Assembly (NCBI GenBank): GCA_902585605.1
Contig: CACIED010000005.1
Coordinates: 586-64,585, forward strand
Length of the DNA: 64,000 bases
DNA from: an uncultured Alphaproteobacteria bacterium
GTDB lineage: Bacteria > Pseudomonadota > Alphaproteobacteria > HIMB59 > GCA-002718135
Reading direction: 5' to 3'
Under the pieces are notes generated by a model that saw only the letters and a program-made list of their open reading frames with translations, was not told where the DNA came from and made no database searches. The number at the start of each line of letters is the position of its first letter. Positions within the stretch are counted from its first letter, which is position 1. The position numbers were made by a program, and so were the translations under genes. Positions 46,871 to 57,303 of this stretch are shown here, piece after piece.

Positions 46871-47482
46871 ATGGTTCTTTATTCATTAACATTTTATCTT
46901 TTTTCATCTGTTGCAGTTCTTTCTGCTCTAATGGTTATAAGTGCAAAAAATCCAGTTCATTCAGTTTTGTTCTTAATTTTAAGCTTTGTTAACGCATCAG
47001 GACTCTTTGTTTTATTAGGTGCTGAATTTTTGGCAATGATCCTTGTTGTTGTATATGTTGGAGCTGTTGCCGTCCTTTTTCTATTCGTTGTAATGATGCT
47101 TGATATAAATTTTGTAAAGTTGAGAGAGGGTTTTTTGCAATATTTACCTTTTGGAGCATTATTAGGGATAGTTCTAGTAATTGAACTTGGAATACTTTTT
47201 TTAACAGATAGATCGTCTAATATTTATAACAATCAAACACCACTACAACCTATAGTTAATGAAGTGGAAAATACAAAAATGATTGGGCAAATACTCTACA
47301 CTGAATATTTTTATTTATTTCAAATATGTGGGATAATTTTATTAGTCGCAATGATTGGCTCTATTACACTTACATTAAGAGATAAAGGTGGTGTTAAAAG
47401 GCAAAATATAGATTCTCAAAATACAGTTGATGCATCAACAGCTATAGAAAAGAAAAAAGTAAAAATAGGCGAAGGAATTTAA
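46871..47482 (+). CDS. nuoJ: NADH-quinone oxidoreductase subunit J
   Basis: 203 aa hydrophobic; NPVHS.L.LI, YVGAV.VLFLFV.MML. Confidence 0.9.
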   Translation: MVLYSLTFYLFSSVAVLSALMVISAKNPVHSVLFLILSFVNASGLFVLLGAEFLAMILVVVYVGAVAVLFLFVVMMLDINFVKLREGFLQYLPFGALLGIVLVIELGILFLTDRSSNIYNNQTPLQPIVNEVENTKMIGQILYTEYFYLFQICGIILLVAMIGSITLTLRDKGGVKRQNIDSQNTVDASTAIEKKKVKIGEGI

Positions 47483-47485
47483 TTC

Positions 47486-47791
47486 ATGATTACTCTTGAA
47501 CACTATCTTTTTCTCGGTGCAATTATTTTTACCTTAGGTGTTTTAGGAATATTTTTAAATAAGAAAAATTTAATTATAATTTTAATGTCTATAGAACTCA
47601 TCTTGTTGTCGGTAAATATTAATTTTATTGCTTTCTCAGCTTATATTAATGATATCTCAGGGCAAATTTTTGCAATGCTTACACTTACTGTTGCAGCAGC
47701 TGAAGCAGCAATTGGACTTGCCATACTTGTAGTATTTTTTAGAAATTTAGGATCAATAGAAGTAAATAAAATTAATCAGCTTAAGGGATAG
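47486..47791 (+). CDS. nuoK: NADH-quinone oxidoreductase subunit K
   Basis: 101 aa, 3 TM; [22 protein letters not shown]. Confidence 0.9.
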   Translation: MITLEHYLFLGAIIFTLGVLGIFLNKKNLIIILMSIELILLSVNINFIAFSAYINDISGQIFAMLTLTVAAAEAAIGLAILVVFFRNLGSIEVNKINQLKG

Positions 47792-47794
47792 TAG

Positions 47795-49702
47795 ATGGCA
47801 ACCTCAATTATATTTTTACCTCTACTTGGTTTTCTTTTTTGTTTTTTGCTAGGTAAACTGTTTCACTATAAGATTTATCAAATATCAACAACTTCAATTC
47901 TTTTTCTTTGTGCATTATTTTCTTGGATAATATTCATTCAATTTATTAATAATAAGGAAACTGAAACAATCTTTATTCTTAACTGGATTACTTCTGGAAA
48001 CTTTATTGTTGATTGGTCAATAAGATTAGACACGTTAACTGCCGTAATGTTCATTGTGGTTACAACTGTTTCCGCTTGTGTTCACTTATATTCAATAGGT
48101 TATATGGAAGAAGATCCATCAAAAATAAGATTTATGGGCTATCTAAGCTTATTTACTTTTTTTATGCTTGTGCTTGTATCAAGTAATAACTTGTTGCAAA
48201 TGTTTTTTGGTTGGGAGGGTGTTGGACTAGCCTCATATTTATTAATTGGTTTTTGGCACCATAAAGATTCAGCCAACAAAGCTGCTATAAAAGCATTTGT
48301 CGTAAATAGAGTTGGAGATTTTGGATACGCAATTGGAATTGCAGGAATTTTTTACATTTTTGGTACGATAAGTTTCGACAGTATATTTGAGCAAGTGGAT
48401 CAATTTAGTGAGCATCAAATTCAATTCCTTTCATTTAGTTTTCCAACTTTAGATTTTTTATGTTTTCTTTTATTTATAGGAGCAATGGGTAAATCTGCCC
48501 AATTAGGTTTACACACATGGCTGCCAGATGCTATGGAAGGACCTACTCCTGTTTCTGCGCTAATACATGCTGCAACAATGGTAACAGCTGGCGTATTTTT
48601 AGTTGCAAGAATGAGTCCTCTTTATGAGTTTGCTGCATTTACTAATTTATTCATTACTTTTGTAGGCGCGGCTACAGCTATTTTTGCCGCCTCTATAGCC
48701 TTAACACAAAATGATATTAAACGAGTGATTGCATATTCAACATGTAGTCAATTAGGATATATGTTTTTCGCAGCAGGTGTAGGTGCTTATAATGCATCAA
48801 TATTTCACTTAACAACCCATGCCTTTTTTAAAGCTCTTCTATTTCTTTCTGCAGGTTCTGTAATTCACGCAATGCATCATGAACAGGATATGAGAAAAAT
48901 GGGCGGACTTTTCAAAAAAATACCTTTTACCGCTACAATGATGTGGATTGGATCTCTTGCAATTATTGGTTTCCCGTATCTATCTGGCTACTATTCAAAA
49001 GAAAGTATTTTAGAAAATGCTTTCTATGCATCAAATGGAATAGCATATTTTGCATATTTAGTAGGTATTTTAACTGCTCTACTTACAGCTTTTTATTCAT
49101 GGAGATTATTATTTCTAACATTTCATGGTGAAAATAGATCAGAAAATAAAACATATGATCACGCCCATGAATCACCTTTAGTTATGACAGCTCCATTATT
49201 TATTCTTGCAATTGGTTCTATTTTTTCAGGAATATTCTTTGCTGATTATTTTATTGGATATTACAAAAAAGAATTTTGGGATAATGCAGTATTATTAACA
49301 GAGAGCTCTCATAAATATCTTCCTCTTACACAATCCTTAATATCAAAATCAGCTGTTGCAATTGGAATTCTTATATGTGTGTTGATATATTCAAATAATT
49401 TAAATAGAGCAAAAAATCTTTCTCATAACTTAGATCCCCTATATTCTCTTTCTAAAAATAAATGGTATGTGGATGAACTATATCATAAAGTATTTGTTTT
49501 AACTTTTTTCAAATTAGCAAACTTTTTTTGGAAAAGAGGAGATGAAAAAACTATCGATGGATTAGGGCCAAACGGAGTGTCTTGGATTATTTCAAAATCT
49601 TCATCTTATGTAAGTTTATTTCAATCAGGGTATTTGTTTCATTATGCTTTTGCTATGCTTGGCGGCTTAGTAATAATTTTAACATGGTTTTTATATTACT
49701 AA
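47795..49702 (+). CDS. nuoL: NADH-quinone oxidoreductase subunit L
   Basis: 635 aa antiporter-like subunit; GWEGVGLASYLLIGFW, KSAQ..LH.WLPDAMEGPTPVSALIHAATMV. Confidence 0.95.
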   Translation: MATSIIFLPLLGFLFCFLLGKLFHYKIYQISTTSILFLCALFSWIIFIQFINNKETETIFILNWITSGNFIVDWSIRLDTLTAVMFIVVTTVSACVHLYSIGYMEEDPSKIRFMGYLSLFTFFMLVLVSSNNLLQMFFGWEGVGLASYLLIGFWHHKDSANKAAIKAFVVNRVGDFGYAIGIAGIFYIFGTISFDSIFEQVDQFSEHQIQFLSFSFPTLDFLCFLLFIGAMGKSAQLGLHTWLPDAMEGPTPVSALIHAATMVTAGVFLVARMSPLYEFAAFTNLFITFVGAATAIFAASIALTQNDIKRVIAYSTCSQLGYMFFAAGVGAYNASIFHLTTHAFFKALLFLSAGSVIHAMHHEQDMRKMGGLFKKIPFTATMMWIGSLAIIGFPYLSGYYSKESILENAFYASNGIAYFAYLVGILTALLTAFYSWRLLFLTFHGENRSENKTYDHAHESPLVMTAPLFILAIGSIFSGIFFADYFIGYYKKEFWDNAVLLTESSHKYLPLTQSLISKSAVAIGILICVLIYSNNLNRAKNLSHNLDPLYSLSKNKWYVDELYHKVFVLTFFKLANFFWKRGDEKTIDGLGPNGVSWIISKSSSYVSLFQSGYLFHYAFAMLGGLVIILTWFLYY

Positions 49703-51187
49703 ATGATTGACTGGCCACTAGTATCAGTAATAATTTTTTTACCTTTAATTGGCGCTTTAATTATTCTTTTTATTAAAGAAGATGAATTAACATCAATTAA
49801 TATTAAATGGGCTGCTTTACTAACAACGTTAGGAACATTTATTTTAAGTTTAATACTTTGGTTACAATTTGATTACTCCAATCCATCTTATCAATATGAA
49901 GAAAAATTTAGATGGTTCGATGATTTTAATTTCTTCTACCATGTTGGTGTTGACGGTATCTCACTTTTTATGATTTTATTAAGTACATTTTTAACCCCAC
50001 TTTGTATTTTAGCTAGTTGGAATAATATAAAAAAAAGAGTCAAGGAATATATGCTTTCTTTTCTATTTTTAGAGACTGTAATGATTGGAATGTTTGCTTC
50101 TATAGATATACTTTTATTTTATATTTTTTTTGAAGCCGTATTAATACCAATGTATCTAATCATAGGTATTTGGGGAGGAAATAGAAGAATCTATGCTTCT
50201 TTTAAATTCTTTCTCTATACTCTTTTGGGGTCAGTACTCATGTTGATTGCTATTATTGTGATGTATAGAAATACAAGCTCAATGAGTATAGAGTTTTTAC
50301 AAGGTAATTATTTTTCCTATAATACTCAATTGTTTCTATGGCTTGCCTTCTTTGCTTCCTTTGCAGTTAAAATTCCTATGTGGCCTTTTCATACATGGTT
50401 GCCTGATGCACATGTTGAAGCTCCAACGGCTGGATCTGTTATTTTAGCTGGAGTACTTTTAAAAATGGGTGGATATGGTTTTATCCGTTTCTCTTTAGGC
50501 ATGCTTCCAGAAGCAACAGAGTTTTTTATTCCTTTAATTATGACATTAAGTATAGTTGCCATAGTATACACTTCCTTAGTAGCACTAGCACAAACTGATA
50601 TTAAAAAACTAATTGCATATTCATCTGTTGCTCATATGGGCATTGTAACAATTGGAATTTTCTTAGTTAATCAACAAGGTTTAGAAGGGGCAATGATGCA
50701 AATGATTAGTCATGGACTAGTTTCAGCAGCATTATTTTTATGTGTTGGTGTTATTTATGATCGAATGCATACTAGAGAAATTGAATTTTATGGAGGATTA
50801 GTTCAAAGAATGCCACTTTATGCAACAGTATTTATGATTTTTATGCTGGGATCAGTTGGATTACCTGGGACTAGTGGTTTTGTTGGAGAATTTTTAGTTA
50901 TTATTGGAGCATTTAAATTTTCAAGTTACGTTGTTATTGGCGCGGCTTTTGGAATAATATTATCCGCTGTTTACATGCTATATCTTTATAAAAGAATTAT
51001 TTTTGGCACCATAACTAATAATAAACTTGCAGATATTTTAGATATAAACACAAGAGAGAAAATCATATTAATTCCTTTAGCAATTTCAGTAATATTACTA
51101 GGTATATTTCCAAATCTATTTTTAGATCCTATGAGATTATCACTTGAACTAATTATAACAAACTATGAAATAGCTAATGCTAAATAA
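49703..51187 (+). CDS. nuoM: NADH-quinone oxidoreductase subunit M
   Basis: 494 aa; PFHTWLPDAHVEAPTAGSV.LAG.LLK. Confidence 0.95.
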   Translation: MIDWPLVSVIIFLPLIGALIILFIKEDELTSINIKWAALLTTLGTFILSLILWLQFDYSNPSYQYEEKFRWFDDFNFFYHVGVDGISLFMILLSTFLTPLCILASWNNIKKRVKEYMLSFLFLETVMIGMFASIDILLFYIFFEAVLIPMYLIIGIWGGNRRIYASFKFFLYTLLGSVLMLIAIIVMYRNTSSMSIEFLQGNYFSYNTQLFLWLAFFASFAVKIPMWPFHTWLPDAHVEAPTAGSVILAGVLLKMGGYGFIRFSLGMLPEATEFFIPLIMTLSIVAIVYTSLVALAQTDIKKLIAYSSVAHMGIVTIGIFLVNQQGLEGAMMQMISHGLVSAALFLCVGVIYDRMHTREIEFYGGLVQRMPLYATVFMIFMLGSVGLPGTSGFVGEFLVIIGAFKFSSYVVIGAAFGIILSAVYMLYLYKRIIFGTITNNKLADILDINTREKIILIPLAISVILLGIFPNLFLDPMRLSLELIITNYEIANAK

Positions 51188-52613
51188 TATTTACAATATT
51201 TTTTTTATACCTGAAATTTTTTTAGCATGCTCTTCTTTTGTATGCTTACTTTTTGGTCTTTTTTTAAAAAAGAATGCCTTTAGGCAAACTTCTAATTTAG
51301 CAGTTTTCGTTTTATTGTTAACCATTTTGCTTGTTTACTATGATAGTGAATCCAATTTTGCAAATTATAAAAGTTTATTTAGCCATTCTTCTTTTATAAA
51401 TTTTTTTAAAATTTTAGCTCTATTAGGATCAATAGCTAGTATCATTATTTCTAAAGATTATTTCTTAGGCATTAAGCTTAAAAATTTTGAAATTCCTGTT
51501 TTATTTTTATTTTCAACACTTGGGATGATGTTAATGATTGCTTCAAATAATCTTATGTCCATGTATTTAGCAATAGAACTGCAAAGTTTATCTTTGTATG
51601 TTGCTGCAGCAATAAAAAGAGATTCAATTTCATCAGCTGAGTCAGGAGTAAAATACTTTATTTTAGGAGCATTATCGTCTGGTATACTATTGTATGGCTT
51701 CTCCTTAATTTATGGATTCACTGGTTCAATGAATTTTGATGATATAAGTTTCTATTTATCAAAATATGATAATTTAAATTTAGGTCTAATATTTGGTCTT
51801 GTATTTGTGATGGTAGGCTTGGCTTTTAAGGTTTCAGCCGTACCTTTCCATATGTGGACTCCCGATGTTTATGAAGGAGCGCCAAACTCAATTACAGGTT
51901 TTTTTGCTATTGTCCCTAAGATTGCTGCAGTAGCTTTAATTTATCGTTTTTGCTTAGTTCCATTTGAAAATTTTTACTTAGAATGGAGTCAAATAATTTT
52001 ATTTTTATCAATAGCCTCAATGTTTCTTGGGGCTATCGCGGCTATAGCACAGTCAAATATTAAAAGATTATTAGCTTATAGTTCTATCGGACATATAGGC
52101 TATATATTAATAGCTTTAGTTGCCGCAAATGATGATGGAATTAAAGCAGCATCTATTTATATGTTTTCATACATGATAATGAATGTTGCTATTTTTGCTA
52201 TTTTACTTTCATTAAAAGTTAAAAATGAATATTTAATTAACATAAGTGATTTGAAAGGGTTAAGTAAAAGTAATCCAATCGTTAGTCTTTCTATTTCAAT
52301 AATAATGCTATCTATGGCTGGTATTCCACCTTTTATAGGATTTTTTGGAAAGTTTTATGTTTTCATTGCTGCAATTGAACAGGAATTATATGTACTTTCA
52401 GTTCTTGGTGTCCTAGCTAGTGTTATTTCTGCTTTTTATTATTTAAGAATTATTAAGATAATGTATTTTGATGAAAGTATTAGTGAAGGAATAATCAATT
52501 TTAAAATTTCCTTTCAATCAAAAATTATTCTATCCTTAAGTTTGTTTTTAATTATTTGTTTTATATTTTACCCGTCTTTATTGATTAATATATCAGCAAA
52601 TTTGACCATTTAA
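51177..52613 (+). CDS. nuoN: NADH-quinone oxidoreductase subunit N
   Basis: 478 aa; PFHMWTPDVYEGAP, LLAYSSIGH.G. Overlaps nuoM by 11 nt. Confidence 0.95.
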   Translation: MLNNIYNIFFIPEIFLACSSFVCLLFGLFLKKNAFRQTSNLAVFVLLLTILLVYYDSESNFANYKSLFSHSSFINFFKILALLGSIASIIISKDYFLGIKLKNFEIPVLFLFSTLGMMLMIASNNLMSMYLAIELQSLSLYVAAAIKRDSISSAESGVKYFILGALSSGILLYGFSLIYGFTGSMNFDDISFYLSKYDNLNLGLIFGLVFVMVGLAFKVSAVPFHMWTPDVYEGAPNSITGFFAIVPKIAAVALIYRFCLVPFENFYLEWSQIILFLSIASMFLGAIAAIAQSNIKRLLAYSSIGHIGYILIALVAANDDGIKAASIYMFSYMIMNVAIFAILLSLKVKNEYLINISDLKGLSKSNPIVSLSISIIMLSMAGIPPFIGFFGKFYVFIAAIEQELYVLSVLGVLASVISAFYYLRIIKIMYFDESISEGIINFKISFQSKIILSLSLFLIICFIFYPSLLINISANLTI

Positions 52614-52616
52614 TTA

Positions 52617-53351
52617 ATGTCATTATATAAAATTAAAAATCTATTAGATAAAAACAATTTTGATTTTCATTTTATTGAATCTGTAGATTCTACAATGTCA
52701 GAGATTAAAAAACTTATTTATAATAGAAATATATGTTTGATGGCAAATGAACAAAAAAAAGGATTTGGAAGAAGAGGTACAACTTGGGAAAGTCCAAAAA
52801 ATAATGTCTATATTTCTATTTTATCTAAAAATATATTGCCAATAGAAAATCATTTTTTAAATAATGCTTTTATTACTAATATGATCTGTTCTGTAATTGA
52901 AAATATTTGTAATGTAAAAACTCAAATTAAATGGCCGAATGATATTTTAATTAATAACGAAAAAATTTCTGGAATAATTTCTGAAATATTTAGTATCAAA
53001 AGTGATAAATATATAAATACTGGTTTTGGAGTTAATATAGTATCTTCTCCAAAAATAGAAAATTATCCTACAACTAATATTTATAAATACAATAAAGAAA
53101 TTAATAACTTTTATTTTGTATATGAAATTATGGAAGAGTATTTTAACAATTTTAAACAACTGCTAAATGATCACGAAAAAATTATGACTGAATATAAAAG
53201 TAGATTATTATATTTAGGAGGCAATATTAATTTAAAAATCGATGAACAAAATGTAAAACAAGGAATATTTCATAATCTTAACCCAGATGGGTCAATTACT
53301 TTAAAAAATAATATTAATTTTGAAAATATATATAACGCTAGAATAATTTAA
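52617..53351 (+). CDS. birA: Biotin--[acetyl-CoA-carboxylase] ligase (group I, no HTH domain)
   Basis: 244 aa; Q..G.GRRGT.W.S, KWPNDIL...KK/EKISGI. Confidence 0.85.
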   Translation: MSLYKIKNLLDKNNFDFHFIESVDSTMSEIKKLIYNRNICLMANEQKKGFGRRGTTWESPKNNVYISILSKNILPIENHFLNNAFITNMICSVIENICNVKTQIKWPNDILINNEKISGIISEIFSIKSDKYINTGFGVNIVSSPKIENYPTTNIYKYNKEINNFYFVYEIMEEYFNNFKQLLNDHEKIMTEYKSRLLYLGGNINLKIDEQNVKQGIFHNLNPDGSITLKNNINFENIYNARII

Positions 53352-54112
53352 TGATTGTTATAGATGCAGGTAATACTAATATAGTTATAGGTTTTTATAC
53401 AAAAAACAAATTAAATAAAATTATTAGATTAAAAACAAAAAACAAAATCAATATTACTCAAAAAGAAATAAATAAATTTTTTAAATCTAACAAAAAGTTG
53501 ATTAATAATCTTAAAGATAGATTTTGCATCTTGTGCTCTGTTGTACCTTCTTTAAATTTAATTTTTAAAAATATCTTTCAAAAAAATAAATTTAAATTTT
53601 ATGTAATTAATCCAATAAAAATACCATTTAAAAATAGTATCAATTATAATTTAAATCAAATTGGAAGTGATCGCATAGCAAACTATGCCTATGTATATAG
53701 TAAGAAAATAAAAGACTGTATAATTGTTGACTTTGGTACAGCTACTACTTTTGATGTCATTAAAAATAATCAATATTTAGGTGGATTAATTTTTCCAGGT
53801 ATAAATCTTTCAATGGAGACACTTTTAAAAAATGCTGAGTTAATAAAAACTTCAAAAATATCAAAATCAAAAAAAATTGTTAATAATAATACATTTGCTT
53901 CTATTCAATCAGGTTTCTATTTTGGTTATTTGCATGCAGTTAATGGGATATTAAAGCAAATTATCAAGGAGAATAATTTTAAGCCCAAAGTCTATATTAC
54001 GGGTGGTCTAGGTAAAATATTTAGGGATAAAATTATTTATAAACCTATATATAAGGAACATTTAACATTAGAAGGAATAAAAGAAATCGGTAACAAACAT
54101 TTTTATGAGTAA
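53351..54112 (+). CDS. coaX: Type III pantothenate kinase
   Basis: IDAGNTN...G, GSDR.AN, VDFGTATTFD, GG.I.PG. Confidence 0.9.
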   Translation: MIVIDAGNTNIVIGFYTKNKLNKIIRLKTKNKINITQKEINKFFKSNKKLINNLKDRFCILCSVVPSLNLIFKNIFQKNKFKFYVINPIKIPFKNSINYNLNQIGSDRIANYAYVYSKKIKDCIIVDFGTATTFDVIKNNQYLGGLIFPGINLSMETLLKNAELIKTSKISKSKKIVNNNTFASIQSGFYFGYLHAVNGILKQIIKENNFKPKVYITGGLGKIFRDKIIYKPIYKEHLTLEGIKEIGNKHFYE

Positions 54113-55778
54113 TAATTTACAACTAAATGATTTTAATGAAGGACTACACTTTTTATCTCTTGGGGGTATAGGAGAAATAGGTGCAAATTGTTATCTTTAT
54201 GGATGTGATGGAAAATGGATAATGATAGATTTAGGTCTTTCATTTGCAGATGAAAAGTTTCCTGGTGTAGATTTATTGGTACCAAAAATAGATCATATAG
54301 AAAGTTTAGAAGATAATCTTGAGGCTATTATTATCAGCCATGGTCATGAAGATCATGCAGGAGCTGTTGCGTTCTTAGCAAATAAAATTAAATGTCCTGT
54401 ATATGCAAGTAAATTTGCAAAATTCCTTATCGAAAATCGGCTAAAAGAATTCAATAAAGTAGAAGGATTTACTTTAGAAGAGATAAATCTAGACAAAAAA
54501 TTAATATTCAATAATTTTGATATAAGTTTTATTCCAACTACGCACTCAATTCCAGAACCAAGTGCAATAGTAATTAACACAACATATGGATCATTACTTC
54601 ATACTGCTGATTGGAAAATAGATCATTCACCTACTTTAGGAGACTCATTTTCAAAAGAAAAATTTAAAAAATTAGGAAATGATGGATTACTTGCCTTAAT
54701 AGGTGACTCTACTAACGCAAATGTGCCTGGCAAATCAGAATCTGAAAGTGAAGTTAGGGATGAACTGACAAGTATATTTTCAAGATTTTCTAATAGAATT
54801 GTTGTTACCTGTTTTTCTTCAAATATTGCAAGAATGAAAAATATTATTCATGCAGCAAAAAAAAATAAAAGAAAGGTCGCTCTTGTTGGTAGGAGTATGA
54901 AAAAAAATATCGAAGTAGCAAGAAAATGTGGTTATGTTGCTGATGATGAAATTTTTATAAGTGAAGATGAAGCTTCTTATATACCAAGAGAAAATTTAGT
55001 CATAATTTGTACTGGAAGTCAGGGTGAAAAAAGATCTGCGCTTTTCAGAATAGCTTATAATTCTCATCAACATTTACATTTAGAGCCTGAAGATGTAGTA
55101 ATTTTTAGCTCTAGAGATATTCCTGGTAATGAAAAATCAATAAATAATTTAAAGAACTTACTTATTAGACAAAGAGTTGAGATAGTAACAGCTGATGATG
55201 ATTTAGTACATGTTTCAGGTCATGGTTATGCAGATGAAATAAAACAAATGTATAATTGGACAAAACCCTACCTATCTATTCCTGTGCATGGTGAACCCAT
55301 GCATCTAGAAGCGCATAAACAATTATCTTACTCATCTCAAGTGCCATTTACTAAAATTTTAGAAAATGGAAAATGTCTCAAAATTGCACCAGGTGAACCT
55401 AAAATTGTAGAAAAATTTGAAACTGGAAAGTTAATTGTCGAGGGTAAAAATCTTTATGACTCTGAATCTGCATTTATTAAAGAGAGAAGGAAATATTCAT
55501 TTGAAGGGCTAGTTTTAATTTCTTTAATTATCAATGATGATGACTCTTCAATTAATAAAAATATATTACTTACCTTAAAAGGATTGCCGGGAATTGATGA
55601 AGAAAATATTAAAAGTGATTTTAAAATACTTTTTATAGAAAACTTTACAAAACTTAACAAAGATCAAAAATCATCAGATCTTATAGTATCTGACTTAGTT
55701 AAAAGTAGTTTTAGAAAAATTATAAAAAATTCAATTCAAAAAAAACCAGAAATTGAAGTTCATTTGATACGATCTTAA
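54105..55778 (+). CDS. rnj: Ribonuclease J (beta-CASP metallo-beta-lactamase)
   Basis: 557 aa; SHGHEDHAGA, HSIPE, DST.A, HVSGHG. Confidence 0.85.
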   Translation: MSNNLQLNDFNEGLHFLSLGGIGEIGANCYLYGCDGKWIMIDLGLSFADEKFPGVDLLVPKIDHIESLEDNLEAIIISHGHEDHAGAVAFLANKIKCPVYASKFAKFLIENRLKEFNKVEGFTLEEINLDKKLIFNNFDISFIPTTHSIPEPSAIVINTTYGSLLHTADWKIDHSPTLGDSFSKEKFKKLGNDGLLALIGDSTNANVPGKSESESEVRDELTSIFSRFSNRIVVTCFSSNIARMKNIIHAAKKNKRKVALVGRSMKKNIEVARKCGYVADDEIFISEDEASYIPRENLVIICTGSQGEKRSALFRIAYNSHQHLHLEPEDVVIFSSRDIPGNEKSINNLKNLLIRQRVEIVTADDDLVHVSGHGYADEIKQMYNWTKPYLSIPVHGEPMHLEAHKQLSYSSQVPFTKILENGKCLKIAPGEPKIVEKFETGKLIVEGKNLYDSESAFIKERRKYSFEGLVLISLIINDDDSSINKNILLTLKGLPGIDEENIKSDFKILFIENFTKLNKDQKSSDLIVSDLVKSSFRKIIKNSIQKKPEIEVHLIRS

Positions 55779-56011
55779 TGGCACTATTTACCCATGTTCT
55801 AATTTTTATCCTTGTTTGGTGGATTTTATTTTTCATACTCCTACCGATTAAGATAAAAGTACCCCAAAAAGTAGAATCTGGACATGCAAAAAGTGCTCCG
55901 AGTAAGCCATATCTTCTAATAAAATTTATAGCAACTTCATTAATATCAGCTTTAATTTTATTTTTTTTGATTTTATTTGGATTTGATTTATCAAATATAT
56001 TTAATAAATGA
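55778..56011 (+). CDS. DUF1467 family small membrane protein
   Basis: 77 aa, two TM helices flanking ..GHAKSAPSKP.., in the position conserved among alphaproteobacteria between rnj and proS. Confidence 0.7.
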   Translation: MALFTHVLIFILVWWILFFILLPIKIKVPQKVESGHAKSAPSKPYLLIKFIATSLISALILFFLILFGFDLSNIFNK

Positions 56012-57303
56012 AATATTCTAATTTTTTTCTTCCCACTATTAAAGATGCACCATCAGATGCTGAAATAATTTCACATAAATTAATGATCAGAGCAGGTATG
56101 ATTAAGCAATCTAGTGCAGGTATTTATTCTTGGTTGCCATTAGGTTTACTTGTATTAAAAAAAATTGAACAGATTGTCCGAGAAGAACAAAATAATGCAG
56201 GAGCAATAGAACTCCTTATGCCTACGATTCAATCTTCTGATTTATGGATTAAATCAGGAAGATATGATGATTATGGAAAAGAAATGTTGAGGATTACAGA
56301 TCGAAGTGGAAGAGATATGCTATACGGCCCAACAAATGAAGAATTAATTACTGATATATTTCAATCACATATTAATTCTTACAAAGATCTTCCAAAAAAC
56401 CTTTATCATATTCAATGGAAATTCCGAGATGAAGTTAGGCCTAGGTTTGGAGTAATGCGAGGAAGAGAATTCTTAATGAAGGATAATTATTCATTTGATC
56501 TTGATGAAAACGAAGCAAAAAAATCTTATGACAATATGTTTAAAGCATACATAAAAACTTTTATTAGAATGGGTTTAACACCAATTTCCTTAAGAGCGGA
56601 AACTGGACCAATTGGCGGTAACTTAAGTCATGAATTTCAAATACTAGCTAAGACTGGTGAAAGTACACTTTATTATGATAAAAAATTAGAAACTCTAAAC
56701 CCTGAAACTATAGATCCAAATGAGTTGCAGTCATTTTATGCTGCAGTTGATGATCAACATGATGAAAAAAATTGCCCAATTTCAAATGAAGATTTAAAAA
56801 TTTCTAAGGGTATTGAAGTCGGTCATATATTTTATTTTGGAACAAAATATTCTGAGAAATTAAACGCATTTGTTCAAGATAAAAGTGGGAAAAATGTTCC
56901 AGTACATATGGGATCATATGGCATTGGTGTTTCAAGACTTGTGGGTGCAATTATAGAAGCTTATCATGATGAAAAAGGAATTAGATGGCCTATAGAAGTT
57001 GCTCCATTTAAGGTTTCCATAGTTAATTTAATGCCAGATGATCAAGATTGTGCCACAAAATCATCAGAATATTATGAATATTTTATGAAAAATAATATTG
57101 AAGTCATTTTAGATGATAGAATCTGCAGTATAGGAAAAAAATTATCTGATAATGAGTTAATTGGGACACCATATCAAATTATTATTGGCAAAAGAGATTT
57201 AAAAGATAATTTAGTAGAAATAAAAAATCGCCAAAATAATGAAAGTGAAAAAATTTCGTCCAGTAGTGTAATTGATTTTATTATTAATAAGTTAAAAAAA
57301 TAG
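56008..57303 (+). CDS. proS: Proline--tRNA ligase (short form without the bacterial editing insertion)
   Basis: 431 aa; class II motifs, R.E.RPRFG.MR.REF.MKD, GCYGIG-type SYGIGVSR. Confidence 0.95.
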   Translation: MKYSNFFLPTIKDAPSDAEIISHKLMIRAGMIKQSSAGIYSWLPLGLLVLKKIEQIVREEQNNAGAIELLMPTIQSSDLWIKSGRYDDYGKEMLRITDRSGRDMLYGPTNEELITDIFQSHINSYKDLPKNLYHIQWKFRDEVRPRFGVMRGREFLMKDNYSFDLDENEAKKSYDNMFKAYIKTFIRMGLTPISLRAETGPIGGNLSHEFQILAKTGESTLYYDKKLETLNPETIDPNELQSFYAAVDDQHDEKNCPISNEDLKISKGIEVGHIFYFGTKYSEKLNAFVQDKSGKNVPVHMGSYGIGVSRLVGAIIEAYHDEKGIRWPIEVAPFKVSIVNLMPDDQDCATKSSEYYEYFMKNNIEVILDDRICSIGKKLSDNELIGTPYQIIIGKRDLKDNLVEIKNRQNNESEKISSSSVIDFIINKLKK